Below, one piece after another: positions 1-10,459 of a stretch of 64,000 bases of DNA. The notes below the pieces were generated by a model, which searched no databases, was not told the origin of the DNA, and saw only the letters and a program-made list of their open reading frames with translations. The position numbers and the translations under genes were made by a program. The stretch's first letter is position 1, and every line of letters begins with the position of its first letter. Location: the sequence record SRR31156797_1009, one strand, 5' to 3'.

Positions 1-21
1 CAATCCTGCTCGTCAGCTCCA
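1..21 (+). tRNA. 3' end of a tRNA (probably tRNA-Thr), truncated by window start
   Basis: CAATCCTGCT-CGTCAGC-T-CCA reads as T-loop end, T-stem, acceptor 3' strand and encoded CCA, followed by a terminator. Anticodon is outside the window, so the isotype is a guess. Confidence 0.6.
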
Positions 22-31
22 TATATCGAAG

Positions 32-70
32 AAAATCGACTTTCTTACGAAAGTCGATTTTCTTTTTTTT
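32..70 (+). terminator. Rho-independent terminator (likely bidirectional)
   Basis: AAAATCGACTTTC-TTAC-GAAAGTCGATTTT perfect stem followed by a T-run. Confidence 0.8.
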
Positions 71-179
71 ACACGTCTGTCTCTTTCCCGATGCAGATAT
101 GATTGTACTATTCCCTCCTCCGCTCGACCTCTCCTTTCTTACAAAACGATAAGGCAACGACTCCAAATCACATAAAAAA

Positions 180-770
180 TCATGGCATCCAATCGATAAT
201 TTCTTGGGCCGGAGTTTGTTGTTTCCATTCTAAAAATTCCGCATAATCACGCACACCGTCACGAAGTACGGCCTGATAAACTTCGATGCTCATGACCTTC
301 TGATCTTCTGGGATATCGTTCTTTATTGCTAGGATTGACTGCCTCGTTTTGAATGTAAGCTTAGCGAGAATGGCATCCGCAACACGTTCGAAGTACCCAG
401 CATAAGGTGACTCCATGTGAATCTGAATCATATCGATTTGCCAAGTATCGCCATCGGGAGCTTCGTACCATGCATGCCACTCCAGACACTTATCCTCAGC
501 ATCCAAAAGATTCGTATATTCAATACGACGAATACGAGGATTATGGGCCAAACGAGTGACCGCTTCAAAACCAGCCGTCTGAGAAAAGGGCTCCGAATAC
601 ACATGCATATCTATATCCAAATGACGCATCAAAAGCCCCATGCGCATGGAACCTACCAATTCGACACGAAAGCCAAAAGCGGCCCAAATATCCAAAATAC
701 CGGTTTCATCAAGAACACAACGTGCGCGCTGTTGGTTATATTTTGAAAATGCATTAATATCTTTTATCAT
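180..770 (-). CDS. Nucleotidyltransferase-fold (Pol-beta-like) hypothetical protein
   Basis: 196 aa ORF with GS-x9-LDIDMH (GS...DxD) motif and later IDM. Confidence 0.6.
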   Translation of the reverse strand: MIKDINAFSKYNQQRARCVLDETGILDIWAAFGFRVELVGSMRMGLLMRHLDIDMHVYSEPFSQTAGFEAVTRLAHNPRIRRIEYTNLLDAEDKCLEWHAWYEAPDGDTWQIDMIQIHMESPYAGYFERVADAILAKLTFKTRQSILAIKNDIPEDQKVMSIEVYQAVLRDGVRDYAEFLEWKQQTPAQEIIDWMP

Positions 771-1049
771 AGCCTCTTACCCCCAATAATGACTTCGGTG
801 AGCCTCATGAATGACAAATTCAACGCCGTTCGCCGGCGTTGAATATATGTAAGTGCTCTTCCCATCTATTTAAAATAAAAAACAACGGCTCCGATTTACC
901 TAAGTAACCCAAAAAATGCTACCTGTTTTTTTGATTCTCTGTAATGACAACCACTTACAACAAACGACAGGTTAACTGGCTAACGAAACACCAATTACAC
1001 CCAATAAAAACCGTTGCCCTAAAGAATCTCGCGATTATTTTAGTTCCAC

Positions 1050-1083
1050 AAAAAAGACCAGTCAGAAAACTGACCGGCCTTTT
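1050..1083 (-). terminator. Terminator of flagellin-like gene
   Basis: Minus strand GGCCGGTCAG-TTTT-CTGACTGGTC (G-U pairs) followed by a T-run. Confidence 0.65.
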
Positions 1084-1107
1084 AAACTTTATCTTGTTAA
1101 CAACCTT

Positions 1108-1941
1108 CTATCCACTTCCGTCAAATAATGTTCCACTTTCCCTAATAATAAGGTCTGCTAAGAGCTGTTCCATTGAATAACTTGGATCAGAGGGTTTACG
1201 CATCTGTGCGGCCTGATCGAGAAGTTGCGCCTGACTTTGCAAGTGAAGTTCCTGCGCCTGCAAGCTGTCCTCTTTGTTGTTGTAGACGTCTTGAATGGCA
1301 TTCATATCAGACAAGTATGACTGGACAGACGCTAACTGAGTGGCTCTGTCGCCAGCATCCACAAGATCTGCGCTGTCAAAGACTGTCCAATCATAGCCAT
1401 CAACATTGTGAAACGTAACATCAAAACCACCGCTTTTGCTGGACTGAATGTGCACATTGCCAGAAGCGTCAATCTGGTCTGTTCCCCACTGAGAACCATC
1501 CAACAAGGCAATGCCGTTGTAATCAGAATTGGAGATTGTACCGGTTATTTTGTCCACGAGTGCATCATAGTCAGCCTTAACAACTGCACTATTTTCATCA
1601 AGCTCTCCGGTATTGATCTTGTCGATGATGTCTTCCATATCTTCCAAAGCATCAGCGATGGTCGCCATGTCGGTCCGTGCCACACCAACCATGGAGGCTG
1701 CTTCTCCAACATTCCGGGACGCCTGTCGAGTCGCTCCGGCATCAGACCGCAACTGCCCACTAATGGCTTCTTCAAAAGGATTGGTAAAGGTTTCTGCACG
1801 CACAGGCCCGCCAAGGACAAGGCTTCGAAGGTCCTGCCCGACCTTGGACGCACCAAACAACTGATTTGTCAGCATATCCTGCTGCAACAGTTGAGAGGAA
1901 TACGTATACATAAAATTCTTTTCGATATCAGACAGTGCCAT
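1108..1941 (-). CDS. Flagellin-related protein (flagellin N-terminal helical region, atypical termini)
   Basis: QASRNVGEAASMVGVA...IADALEDM and ISNSDYNGIALLDG resemble flagellin ND1 motifs; sigma-28 promoter upstream. Confidence 0.75.
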   Translation of the reverse strand: MALSDIEKNFMYTYSSQLLQQDMLTNQLFGASKVGQDLRSLVLGGPVRAETFTNPFEEAISGQLRSDAGATRQASRNVGEAASMVGVARTDMATIADALEDMEDIIDKINTGELDENSAVVKADYDALVDKITGTISNSDYNGIALLDGSQWGTDQIDASGNVHIQSSKSGGFDVTFHNVDGYDWTVFDSADLVDAGDRATQLASVQSYLSDMNAIQDVYNNKEDSLQAQELHLQSQAQLLDQAAQMRKPSDPSYSMEQLLADLIIRESGTLFDGSG

Positions 1942-1980
1942 GCCCTCTCCCGGGAATGCGGTTAAAGTCTTCCGAATGTG

Positions 1981-2007
1981 TTATCGGCGAGTTTCGCACT
2001 ATCTTTA
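1981..2007 (-). promoter_or_regulatory. Sigma-28 (FliA) promoter
   Basis: Minus strand TAAA-N15-GCCGATAA, exact consensus, 40 bp upstream of the flagellin-like start. Confidence 0.85.
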
Positions 2008-2030
2008 GGGGAACACATTTCATACACGAT

Positions 2031-2059
2031 AAAAAAAGGCCGACATTTTGTCGGCCTTT
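2031..2059 (-). terminator. Terminator of ilvBN
   Basis: AAAGGCCGACA-TT-TGTCGGCCTTT-type stem; A-run on + strand is the U-tract on - strand. Confidence 0.75.
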
Positions 2060-2083
2060 CACACAGAAACTCATATTCAATTT

Positions 2084-2362
2084 TTACTGTACAAATTCAG
2101 ACATTTTCATAAAGACTTCATGTCCGTGATCGTGACGCTCTACCCCTAAAACGTCTTCCAACTTATCTACCTGTTTAATCATTTGATCCAATCGATGATC
2201 CGCGTTGACAAGCAGCCATATTTTACTCTTGCCTCCACCATTGATCGGCATACAGGCGATTCCTTCGACATTATAGGCCCTACGGGCGAACAAGCCACAG
2301 ATATGGGACATCACACCGGGATGGTTGTTCACAGACAACTCAAGAACTGTTTGCTTACACAT
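2084..2362 (-). CDS. ilvN: Acetolactate synthase small (ACT) subunit
   Basis: [25 protein letters not shown] motif; start set at MCKQTV behind GGAGG, overlapping ilvB stop. Confidence 0.92.
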   Translation of the reverse strand: MCKQTVLELSVNNHPGVMSHICGLFARRAYNVEGIACMPINGGGKSKIWLLVNADHRLDQMIKQVDKLEDVLGVERHDHGHEVFMKMSEFVQ

Positions 2363-4031
2363 TTTTCTCACCTCCGATCATTTCAGAGTTCGCAGCGCCC
2401 GGAGGAACCATCGGATAAACAGGGTCATCAGGGCTAAGAGGCACGTGAATCAGGGACGGACCAGGCTCTGCCAAAGCTTCTTCCAGTGTTTTGGCTGGAT
2501 TACTGCTTGTACCCAAATCATGAGTATTGATACCAAAACCATCCGCAATTTTGATAAAATCGACGCTTTTTGAATAATCGGAAGCAAAATACCGCTTGCC
2601 GTAAAACAAATCCTGCTGCTGACGGACCAAACCAAGTGCATTATTGTTGGTCAAAATAATCTTGATCGGAATGTCGTATTCCATGGCTGTTGCCAAATCC
2701 TGAATATTCATCATGATCGAACCGTCACCGCTAAAACAGATCACCGGACGGTCGGGAGCGGCCAAAGCGGCTCCAATAGAAGCTGGCATGCCGAATCCCA
2801 TGGTACCAAGACCACCGGATGTCAGCCATTGACGCGGATGTTTAAAAGGATATGCCTGAGCGGTCCGCATCTGATGCTGACCGACATCCGTACATACAAT
2901 CGCAGTTTCTCCAGCCAATTCAGCGGCCTTCAACACAACTCCATACGCCGACGTTGGGTCCTCGGCGTGTTGTATCAACATTGGATGATCCTTTTTCAAC
3001 GCTTGAACCTGCGCGTTCCAAGCTTCACGTCCTTTCTCCTCAACCTGAGGGATTAAGGCTTGAAAGATATCAAGAATATCGCCAGAAACAGACGCTGTGG
3101 AGGTTTTAATCTTATCCAGTTCACTCGGATCGATATCCATGTGAATTACCTTGGCATTGGGACAAAATTCCGGGACCTTGCCGGTTGCACGGTCATCAAA
3201 ACGAACGCCCACGGCAACGAGCAGATCACACTCTTCCAAAGCCAAATTAGTATAACGAGCCGCATGCATACCCAACATTCCCAAACAGAGCGGATTATCC
3301 GTCGGAATAACCCCCAACCCCATAAGGGTCATTGCGGACGGGATACCTGCTTTCTCCGCCAAAGCAAGAGCCTCAGAAGCTGAATCGGATTGAATGACAC
3401 CACCACCGAGATACAAAACAGGCCTTTCCGCCTTGTTAATCATATCGGCAGCTCGTCTGATCTCGGCCGGAATCAATTCTTCAGTGGGCTCGCGTTCGCC
3501 AATTTTCGGCCACGCATCAAATTCACAGATGTCCATCTGCACATCTTTGGGAACATCAACAACCACAGGCCCCGGTCGACCACTTGACGCAATACGAAAT
3601 GCCGCAGGTATAACTTCGAGCAGGTCCTCGACGGAACGAACAAGAAAATTGTGTTTGGTGATGGGAACACTCAGGCCATACGTGTCAACTTCCTGAAAAG
3701 CATCAGTACCAATCATGGAAAGCGGCACCTGACCAGTAATACAGATGATGGGGATGGAATCAAGCTTAGCATCGGCAATAGCTGTCAAAGTATTGGTCGC
3801 CCCCGGCCCGGACGTAGCGAAAAAAACCGCCGGTTTGCCCGTAACACGAGCCATGCCCTGAGCAATAAAACCAGCTCCCTGTTCATGACGAGTCAAAATA
3901 TGCCGAATGGAGTCACTCTGTCCCAACGCATCATACATCGGCAGATTGGCACCGCCGGGGATACCGGCGATGGTATCTATTCCCTGCCGTTCCAGCAATT
4001 TGATAATAATTTCCGCACCACTCAATTTCAT
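2355..4031 (-). CDS. ilvB: Acetolactate synthase large subunit
   Basis: [34 protein letters not shown]-binding GDGSIMMN; start MKLSGAE behind GAGGAG. Confidence 0.95.
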   Translation of the reverse strand: MKLSGAEIIIKLLERQGIDTIAGIPGGANLPMYDALGQSDSIRHILTRHEQGAGFIAQGMARVTGKPAVFFATSGPGATNTLTAIADAKLDSIPIICITGQVPLSMIGTDAFQEVDTYGLSVPITKHNFLVRSVEDLLEVIPAAFRIASSGRPGPVVVDVPKDVQMDICEFDAWPKIGEREPTEELIPAEIRRAADMINKAERPVLYLGGGVIQSDSASEALALAEKAGIPSAMTLMGLGVIPTDNPLCLGMLGMHAARYTNLALEECDLLVAVGVRFDDRATGKVPEFCPNAKVIHMDIDPSELDKIKTSTASVSGDILDIFQALIPQVEEKGREAWNAQVQALKKDHPMLIQHAEDPTSAYGVVLKAAELAGETAIVCTDVGQHQMRTAQAYPFKHPRQWLTSGGLGTMGFGMPASIGAALAAPDRPVICFSGDGSIMMNIQDLATAMEYDIPIKIILTNNNALGLVRQQQDLFYGKRYFASDYSKSVDFIKIADGFGINTHDLGTSSNPAKTLEEALAEPGPSLIHVPLSPDDPVYPMVPPGAANSEMIGGEKNV

Positions 4032-4075
4032 TACGATTCTCCTCATGTATACCCCGGAACATTTGGCGGGGTTCA

Positions 4076-4112
4076 AAAGAAAAACCCCCGCCGGATGCAC
4101 CGACGGGGGTTT
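4076..4112 (-). terminator. Attenuator terminator upstream of ilvB
   Basis: Minus strand AAACCCCCGTCGG-TGCAT-CCGGCGGGGGTTTT followed by TCTTTT, between leader ORF and ilvB. Confidence 0.85.
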
Positions 4113-4136
4113 GAAAATTTGTTAAAAATGATCCCG

Positions 4137-4247
4137 TTATGGCGCGTCCTTTTTGACACCACATACTACTACGTCTACTACGACGCATACGCTGACCACT
4201 ACTAGGCTGGCGGGGATGTTGGAAATGGTGTTCAAATCACGCTGCAT
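4137..4247 (-). CDS. Val-rich ilvBN attenuator leader peptide (36 aa, MQRDLNTISNIPASLVVVSVCVVVDVVVCGVKKDAP)
   Basis: Translated by hand; 11 Val, 2 Leu, 2 Ile; AAGGA RBS; stop lies just upstream of the terminator hairpin. Not in the ORF track. Confidence 0.85.
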   Translation of the reverse strand: MQRDLNTISNIPASLVVVSVCVVVDVVVCGVKKDAP

Positions 4248-4579
4248 TGGGAAAATCCTTTTCGTTTCTAAAAAAGACAACTAGTCCTGTCCCTTGGAAA
4301 GGTCAAGCTGTTTTTAATTCTTCTCTGTTTTTCTCACTTCCAAGGGGTGATCGACCTGTTTTACAATCGGTCGACAGCCAACCAAAAGGCCGCTGCGCCC
4401 ACAAACAAACGGACGACATGACCTATATGGAAATGGTATCCCCAATCAATGGCAAACATGGCGACAACTGCCACCACAAATCCTGCCAGAATCATCTTTC
4501 GCCAAATATTCAGCCGCAACAAATTCATGCAAAGACTCCGGGACCTTCCGGTCTGTTGATCTTTTTCAAGAAAATCCGC

Positions 4580-4762
4580 TTACAAACTGCGGAATACGTT
4601 GGATACTGCCAGAACAATGAATCCGGTTGATACAAGCCAAAATGGCCGAATAACATCTTCTAAAGCAGGAACAGACATAACATCGATTTGAATGAGTATA
4701 CCGAGAAGGCCAATGAGGACTCCGATGATCCAGGTGATCAACTGCGGGGCACTGAGGTTCAT
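4580..4762 (-). CDS. Small two-TM membrane protein
   Basis: MNLSAPQLITWIIGVLIGLLGIL... two hydrophobic segments; GGAG RBS; follows the EAL gene. Confidence 0.65.
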   Translation of the reverse strand: MNLSAPQLITWIIGVLIGLLGILIQIDVMSVPALEDVIRPFWLVSTGFIVLAVSNVFRSL

Positions 4763-4796
4763 GAACAAAGCTCCAATTACTTTCTAGTCTTGCGAT

Positions 4797-6935
4797 TTAT
4801 TCAGAATTCTTAACAAAATCTTCAGCATCCGCTTCACATAGCGGCTTTGAATATAAATATCCCTGACCGTAATCGCATTGCAATGAATAAAGCAAGTCTC
4901 TTTGCCTCTCTGTTTCGATACCCTCTGCCACAACACGAAGACGTAAACTATGTGCCATATTCACAATGGCTCTAATAATTTCTATATTCTCTGGAGCCGA
5001 CTCCATCCGTTGCACAAAACTCAAATCAATTTTGAGCTGATCCGTAGGAAACTTCTGCAAATAGCTCATGGAGGAATAACCGGTACCAAAATCATCAATA
5101 GACAATAGAATTCCAAGATCTTTCAAAAGATTCAGCTGATTAACCGATTTCATGGCATCCAACATGACAACGGTTTCCGTGATTTCCAATTTGAGACAAC
5201 ACGAAGGCAACCCGGAACGCTCCAAGATGTTTGCCACATCAGTAGCCAACGAAGATTCTCCGAACTGCTTGGCTGAGATATTAACGGCAATGGTCAATTC
5301 CGAAGCAATCGGATGTTTCTTACGCCATGTGTTCATGACAACGCATGCCTGCTCAAGTATCTGCATTCCAAGCTCAACGATCAACCCAGTCTCTTCGGCA
5401 ACCGGAATGAATTCACCGGGATTGACCATCCCCCGCTCTGGGTGATTCCAACGCGCCAAGGCTTCAAATCCATAAAGTCTGCCATCCGCCAAATTCACAA
5501 TAGGTTGATAATACGCTTCAAACTCTCGAGCCTTCAAAGCCCTCTTAAGATCATTTTCAACAGCTAAAATATTGATCACGCCTTCACGCATGCTCTTATG
5601 ATAGGCTACATAACGATTCTTTCCGCTATCCTTGGCTTCATTCATAGCGACCTGTGCATTATGAACAAGCTCTTCCGATTCCATCTGTGCACCAGAGGCA
5701 ATATCATACCCTATACTAGCAGAAACATTAAATTTAATACCATCAACCTCAACTGACTTACCAAATGAATCGTGGATCTTTTTGATCAGGGCCCGCACAT
5801 CCAGCACGTCATCCATCTCATGAATCAATATCCCGAATTCATCTCCGCCAAAACGGGCAACCGTATCCAACGGACGAACGATCCCCTTCAAATTCTCACT
5901 GATACGCATCATCAACGTATCACCAACAGCATGACCATAATGGTCATTAACGGCTTGAAATCTATCAAGGTTGATAAATAAGACGGCGTAGTAATCACTA
6001 TCTTCAACGGATCTATCAACGGCTTGCCCCAGTCTATCCAAAAAAAGGACTCGATTCGGCAACCCTGTAAGCGTGTCGTGAAGAGCGCTATGCTTAAGTT
6101 GTTCTTCCATGCGCTTTCGATTGGTAATATCCCGCATGCTTATTCTGACGCCAAGGTTGGCCCCTTCTTCAGTCCTGATTGTATGCTTAATGAGGCTCAA
6201 CCATCGGACCTTGACGTTGGAATCATAAATTCTGAAATCAAGAGTCTCATCGCCCCCAACAGCTTCATCATTCATGAAACTCGACCAACCAGGATGGTCA
6301 TCAGGATGAACAATTTTTTCAAACAGGCTTGGATCCTGCACATAGGCATCGGGAGAATATCCGCTAATACGTTCGCATGACGGCGAAATATACCGAATAT
6401 TCCCTTCCGGGCCTATCCAGCACTCCCAATCATAATTATAATCAGCAACCAGCCGATATCGCTGCTCGGACTTTTCCAATGCAGCCTTGGAGGCCTCCAA
6501 TTGCTTCACCGTGGCCTCAAGGCGATGTGTCGTTTCTTCCAGATACCGTTTTTTTCGATGCAAATCGGCAAAGATATTCATCTTGCTCCGAAGCACCTCA
6601 GGCTCGACAGGCTTGAACAAATAATCGACCGCTCCAAGTTCGTATCCACGAAAAACATGTCGCTGGTCCTTGCTTATGGCCGTAATGAAAATTATGGGGA
6701 TATCACGAGTGGACTCGGAGCTACGAATCCGTTCGGCAAGTTCGAAACCATCCATACCGGGCATCATGACATCCAGTAGAGCTACTGCAAAATCATGATT
6801 GGACAGACACTCTAGGGCCTGCGCCCCAGACAATGCTGTTACAAGATTAAAGTCATACCCCTTGAGTATGCCTTCGACCAACTTGAGATTGATTCGTTCG
6901 TCATCTACGACGAGAACATCAACGATATCGCTCAT
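4797..6935 (-). CDS. REC-PAS-GGDEF-EAL diguanylate cyclase/phosphodiesterase
   Basis: LLDVMMPGMDG receiver, PAS (VHPDD), RFGGDEF, FEALARW, IDDFGTGYSS. Confidence 0.93.
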   Translation of the reverse strand: MSDIVDVLVVDDERINLKLVEGILKGYDFNLVTALSGAQALECLSNHDFAVALLDVMMPGMDGFELAERIRSSESTRDIPIIFITAISKDQRHVFRGYELGAVDYLFKPVEPEVLRSKMNIFADLHRKKRYLEETTHRLEATVKQLEASKAALEKSEQRYRLVADYNYDWECWIGPEGNIRYISPSCERISGYSPDAYVQDPSLFEKIVHPDDHPGWSSFMNDEAVGGDETLDFRIYDSNVKVRWLSLIKHTIRTEEGANLGVRISMRDITNRKRMEEQLKHSALHDTLTGLPNRVLFLDRLGQAVDRSVEDSDYYAVLFINLDRFQAVNDHYGHAVGDTLMMRISENLKGIVRPLDTVARFGGDEFGILIHEMDDVLDVRALIKKIHDSFGKSVEVDGIKFNVSASIGYDIASGAQMESEELVHNAQVAMNEAKDSGKNRYVAYHKSMREGVINILAVENDLKRALKAREFEAYYQPIVNLADGRLYGFEALARWNHPERGMVNPGEFIPVAEETGLIVELGMQILEQACVVMNTWRKKHPIASELTIAVNISAKQFGESSLATDVANILERSGLPSCCLKLEITETVVMLDAMKSVNQLNLLKDLGILLSIDDFGTGYSSMSYLQKFPTDQLKIDLSFVQRMESAPENIEIIRAIVNMAHSLRLRVVAEGIETERQRDLLYSLQCDYGQGYLYSKPLCEADAEDFVKNSE

Positions 6936-7145
6936 TTTTCCTCATTATTATCGCGTATTTCCATTTTGAAATCCGATGATAAAAACAGCATATTAAAACC
7001 CATTAGAAAATGATGTTATAATTTTACTTTAGTCTCATTGCATTTAACTTAAATATTTAGATCTTTGAAGGCAATCTTTCAACTTTTGACAGATTGAATA
7101 GATTTAATATAGACCGCTACCATCCAGTATAGATAGGAGAATTAT

Positions 7146-7406
7146 ATGACAGACAAGCGAGAACAATTCAAGCAAGCGTTGGATGGACACCATCAATGGC
7201 CCTGTCCATATGTATATAAATTTATAGTACCTGCAGACAATCTCGATCAGTTCAAAAAGTTATTTCCAAAAGAAGAACTGAAGCTCCGGCAATCGAAGAC
7301 AGGAAAATATACGAGCATTACCATGGTTTCCACCATGTGCTCCGCGGACCATGTTATGGAAGTCTATGAAAAAGCAGCTCAGGTTCCAGGACTTATGTCT
7401 CTGTAA
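7146..7406 (+). CDS. DUF493/YbeD-family protein
   Basis: WPCPYVYKFI, SKTGKYTSIT motifs. Confidence 0.8.
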   Translation: MTDKREQFKQALDGHHQWPCPYVYKFIVPADNLDQFKKLFPKEELKLRQSKTGKYTSITMVSTMCSADHVMEVYEKAAQVPGLMSL

Positions 7407-7473
7407 TTGACCTTTGGTGATTAATGATTATCACTGTCTGACGATTAAAATATCAGCAATATTGGAGACAATC

Positions 7474-8328
7474 ATGTGGGAATATACAGATAAGGTAAAA
7501 GACCATTTCCTCAATCCTCGGAATGTTGGAACAATTGATAATGCGGACGGAGTAGGAGAAGTTGGATCTCTGGCCTGCGGAGATGCCTTGACGCTCTACA
7601 TTCAGGTGGACGATGACGGCATCATCACAGATGCAAAATTTCAGACTTTCGGCTGTGCCAGTGCAATCGCATCCAGTTCTGCTCTTACAGAACTTCTCAT
7701 AGGCAAACCTGTTGAAGAGGCTGAAAAGCTGACCAATAAGGATATCGCTGAATATCTGGGTGGACTGCCCAGAGAGAAAATGCACTGTTCTGTCATGGGA
7801 CAAGAAGCTCTTGAACAAGCACTAAAAAACATGCGTGGCGAAGCTCCGCCTCAGGCAGAACACTCTCATGAAGGAGAACTGATCTGTGAATGTTTTGGTG
7901 TTTTTGATGAAGAAATTCTTCACGCCATCAAGGAAAATGATCTTCAGACAGTAGAAGATGTCACTAACTTCACCAAAGCCGGTGGAGGATGTGGTAAATG
8001 CATTGATGACCTGGAAAAACTTCTGGCTCAGGCTCATGGTGAATCCGTTTGTGAAACGCCTTCCTCTGAATCGGCGTTCCCGGCACAGGGCATGACCAAC
8101 ATCCAACGCATGCACCTCATCGAATCAGTCATTGATGATGACATTCGTCCCGCATTGCAAGCTGACGGTGGAGATATCAGACTGGTGGACATTGACGGCG
8201 GCATGGTCGTCGTTCAATTCATGGGCATGTGTTCCGGTTGCCCCTCCAGCCAAGCCACTTTGCACAATCTGGTGGAAGGCAAACTCAAAGAAAAAGTCGA
8301 CCCTGATCTTACGGTACGGGAGGCATAA
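7474..8328 (+). CDS. nifU: Fe-S cluster assembly scaffold NifU
   Basis: MWEYTDKVKDHFLNPRN, ACGD, FGCASAIASSS, KMHCS, BFD-like CECFGV/GGCGKC, C-terminal CSGCPSS. Confidence 0.95.
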   Translation: MWEYTDKVKDHFLNPRNVGTIDNADGVGEVGSLACGDALTLYIQVDDDGIITDAKFQTFGCASAIASSSALTELLIGKPVEEAEKLTNKDIAEYLGGLPREKMHCSVMGQEALEQALKNMRGEAPPQAEHSHEGELICECFGVFDEEILHAIKENDLQTVEDVTNFTKAGGGCGKCIDDLEKLLAQAHGESVCETPSSESAFPAQGMTNIQRMHLIESVIDDDIRPALQADGGDIRLVDIDGGMVVVQFMGMCSGCPSSQATLHNLVEGKLKEKVDPDLTVREA

Positions 8329-8330
8329 TC

Positions 8331-9509
8331 ATGAAAACCATCTATCTCGACAACAACGCGACCACTCAGGTTGATCCGGCAGTCTTCGAAGCCATCAAGC
8401 CGTATTTTTCTGAACTCTACGGGAATCCCTCGTCCATGCACCGCTTTGGTGGTCAAGTTGGAGTAGAAATCAAAAAAGCACGTGAATCAGTCGCCAACAT
8501 TCTCAATTGCCTGCCCGAAGAAATACTCTTCACTTCCTGCGGCTCGGAATCCGATAACACCGCTATCAGATCAGCTCTGACCGCCCAACCGAAAAAACGG
8601 CACATCGTCACCACTGCTGTTGAACATCCTGCCGTCCTGAGCTTTTGCAAATTCCTCGAAAAAAAGGACGGCTACGAAGTTACATATCTGGGTACAGATG
8701 AACACGGCCGTCTTAATATGGATGAATACAAAGCGGCTATCCGTCCTGATACAGCCATCATTTCCATCATGTGGGCCAATAACGAAACCGGCAATATTTA
8801 TCCGATTGAAGAAATGGCTAAAATTGCCAAGGACAACGACGTACTTTTCCACACTGACGCAGTTCAAGCGGTTGGCAAAGTTCCTATCGACCTCAAGAAC
8901 GTCCCGGTGGACATGCTCTCCTTATCCGGGCACAAGCTACACGCTCCCAAAGGCGTTGGGGCCCTGTTTGTCCGCAAAAAATTGCCCTTCCGTCCATTTC
9001 TCATTGGCGGTCATCAGGAAGGCAGCCGACGTGCAGGCACTGAAAACACCACAGGTATCATCGCGCTGGGTAAAGCGTGTGAGCTGGCCCATGAAAACAT
9101 GGACGCAGAAAACACCGAAGTTCGAACCTTGCGAGATAAACTGGAAAACGGCCTGCTTGCCGCTGTTCCCAATTCGATTCTCAACGGCGACAAAGACAAC
9201 CGCCTGCCCAACACGTCAAACATATCTTTCGGCTATGTCGAAGGTGAGGCCATCCTCTTGATGATCGACCAGGTAGGTATTGCAGCCAGTTCCGGTTCAG
9301 CCTGTACATCGGGCAGTCTGGAACCGTCTCATGTCCTTCGGGCAATGGATGTGCCGTTCACTTTTGCGCACGGTTCCATCAGGTTCAGCCTGAGTCGCTT
9401 CAATACGGAAGAAGAAATTGATTTTGTGATAAAGACGTTGCCTCCCATCATAGAAAACTTGAGAAAGCTCTCACCGTTTTCTCCTGAGAAACAAGGGCTT
9501 GGTCTCTAA
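8331..9509 (+). CDS. nifS: Cysteine desulfurase NifS
   Basis: YLDNNATT, HTDAVQ, SGHKLH, SSGSACTS. Confidence 0.95.
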   Translation: MKTIYLDNNATTQVDPAVFEAIKPYFSELYGNPSSMHRFGGQVGVEIKKARESVANILNCLPEEILFTSCGSESDNTAIRSALTAQPKKRHIVTTAVEHPAVLSFCKFLEKKDGYEVTYLGTDEHGRLNMDEYKAAIRPDTAIISIMWANNETGNIYPIEEMAKIAKDNDVLFHTDAVQAVGKVPIDLKNVPVDMLSLSGHKLHAPKGVGALFVRKKLPFRPFLIGGHQEGSRRAGTENTTGIIALGKACELAHENMDAENTEVRTLRDKLENGLLAAVPNSILNGDKDNRLPNTSNISFGYVEGEAILLMIDQVGIAASSGSACTSGSLEPSHVLRAMDVPFTFAHGSIRFSLSRFNTEEEIDFVIKTLPPIIENLRKLSPFSPEKQGLGL

Positions 9510-9530
9510 AGATATTCAAAGGAGTTTTCG

Positions 9531-10451
9531 ATGAAAGTAGCTCAAGACATGACAGAACTCGTCGGCAACACACCGCTGGTTCGCTTGAACAAACTCTCGG
9601 AAGGACTGAATGCGACTTTGGTTGCCAAGCTTGAGTTCAACAACCCGTGTGCTTCAGTCAAAGATCGTATCGCCAAGAACATGATCGAGGCCGCTTTAGA
9701 AAAAGGCACGATCACACCAGAAACCACTTTGGTAGAACCAACCAGTGGCAACACCGGCATTGGCTTGGCCTTTGTCTGTGCGGTCAAAGGTTTGAGACTG
9801 GTTCTGACCATGCCTGAAAGCATGAGTATTGAACGGCGCAAGTTGCTCAGAGGATTCGGCGCTGAACTGGTCCTTACCCCAGCAGCCAAAGGCATGCAGG
9901 GAGCCATTGATTGCGCTGAAGAGATTGTCCGGGAGACTGATAACGCTTTCATGCTCCAACAATTCGAAAACGCTGACAATCCTGCCATGCATCGCAAGAC
10001 AACCGCCCGAGAGATATGGGACGACACTGACGGCAAGATAGATATTTTCGTAGCCGGAGTCGGCACAGGTGGTTCTATTACCGGCGTCGGCGAGGCCCTC
10101 AAAGAAAAGAAACCGAAAATCAAGGCCATTGCCGTGGAACCACAAGCATCTCCTGTGCTTTCCGGCGGAAATCCAGGTCCACACATGATTCAAGGCATCG
10201 GTGCTGGCTTTGTTCCTAAAATATTAAATACCGATATCATTGATGAAGTTATACAGATTGATAACGACACGGCTTTGGAAACAGCCAAACAGATGATCAT
10301 GACGGAAGGGATTCTGTGCGGTATATCCTCTGGCGCCAACTGTGCGGCAGCCATTGAATTGGCCAAAAGACCTGAAAATGCCGGTAAACTGATCGTATTT
10401 ATCGTATGTGACACTGGCGAACGGTATCTGAGCACCCCGCTTTTCGAATAA
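9531..10451 (+). CDS. cysK: Cysteine synthase A
   Basis: [32 protein letters not shown]. Confidence 0.95.
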   Translation: MKVAQDMTELVGNTPLVRLNKLSEGLNATLVAKLEFNNPCASVKDRIAKNMIEAALEKGTITPETTLVEPTSGNTGIGLAFVCAVKGLRLVLTMPESMSIERRKLLRGFGAELVLTPAAKGMQGAIDCAEEIVRETDNAFMLQQFENADNPAMHRKTTAREIWDDTDGKIDIFVAGVGTGGSITGVGEALKEKKPKIKAIAVEPQASPVLSGGNPGPHMIQGIGAGFVPKILNTDIIDEVIQIDNDTALETAKQMIMTEGILCGISSGANCAAAIELAKRPENAGKLIVFIVCDTGERYLSTPLFE

Positions 10452-10459
10452 AGGAAGCC

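Noticed and set aside
1-21. tRNA 3' end as the island attachment site
   Set aside because: No second copy seen in the window and no adjacent integrase; island ends are explained by the split gene.
4164-4204. TAC/ACT trinucleotide runs as a microsatellite
   Set aside because: They are the Val codons of the minus-strand leader peptide.
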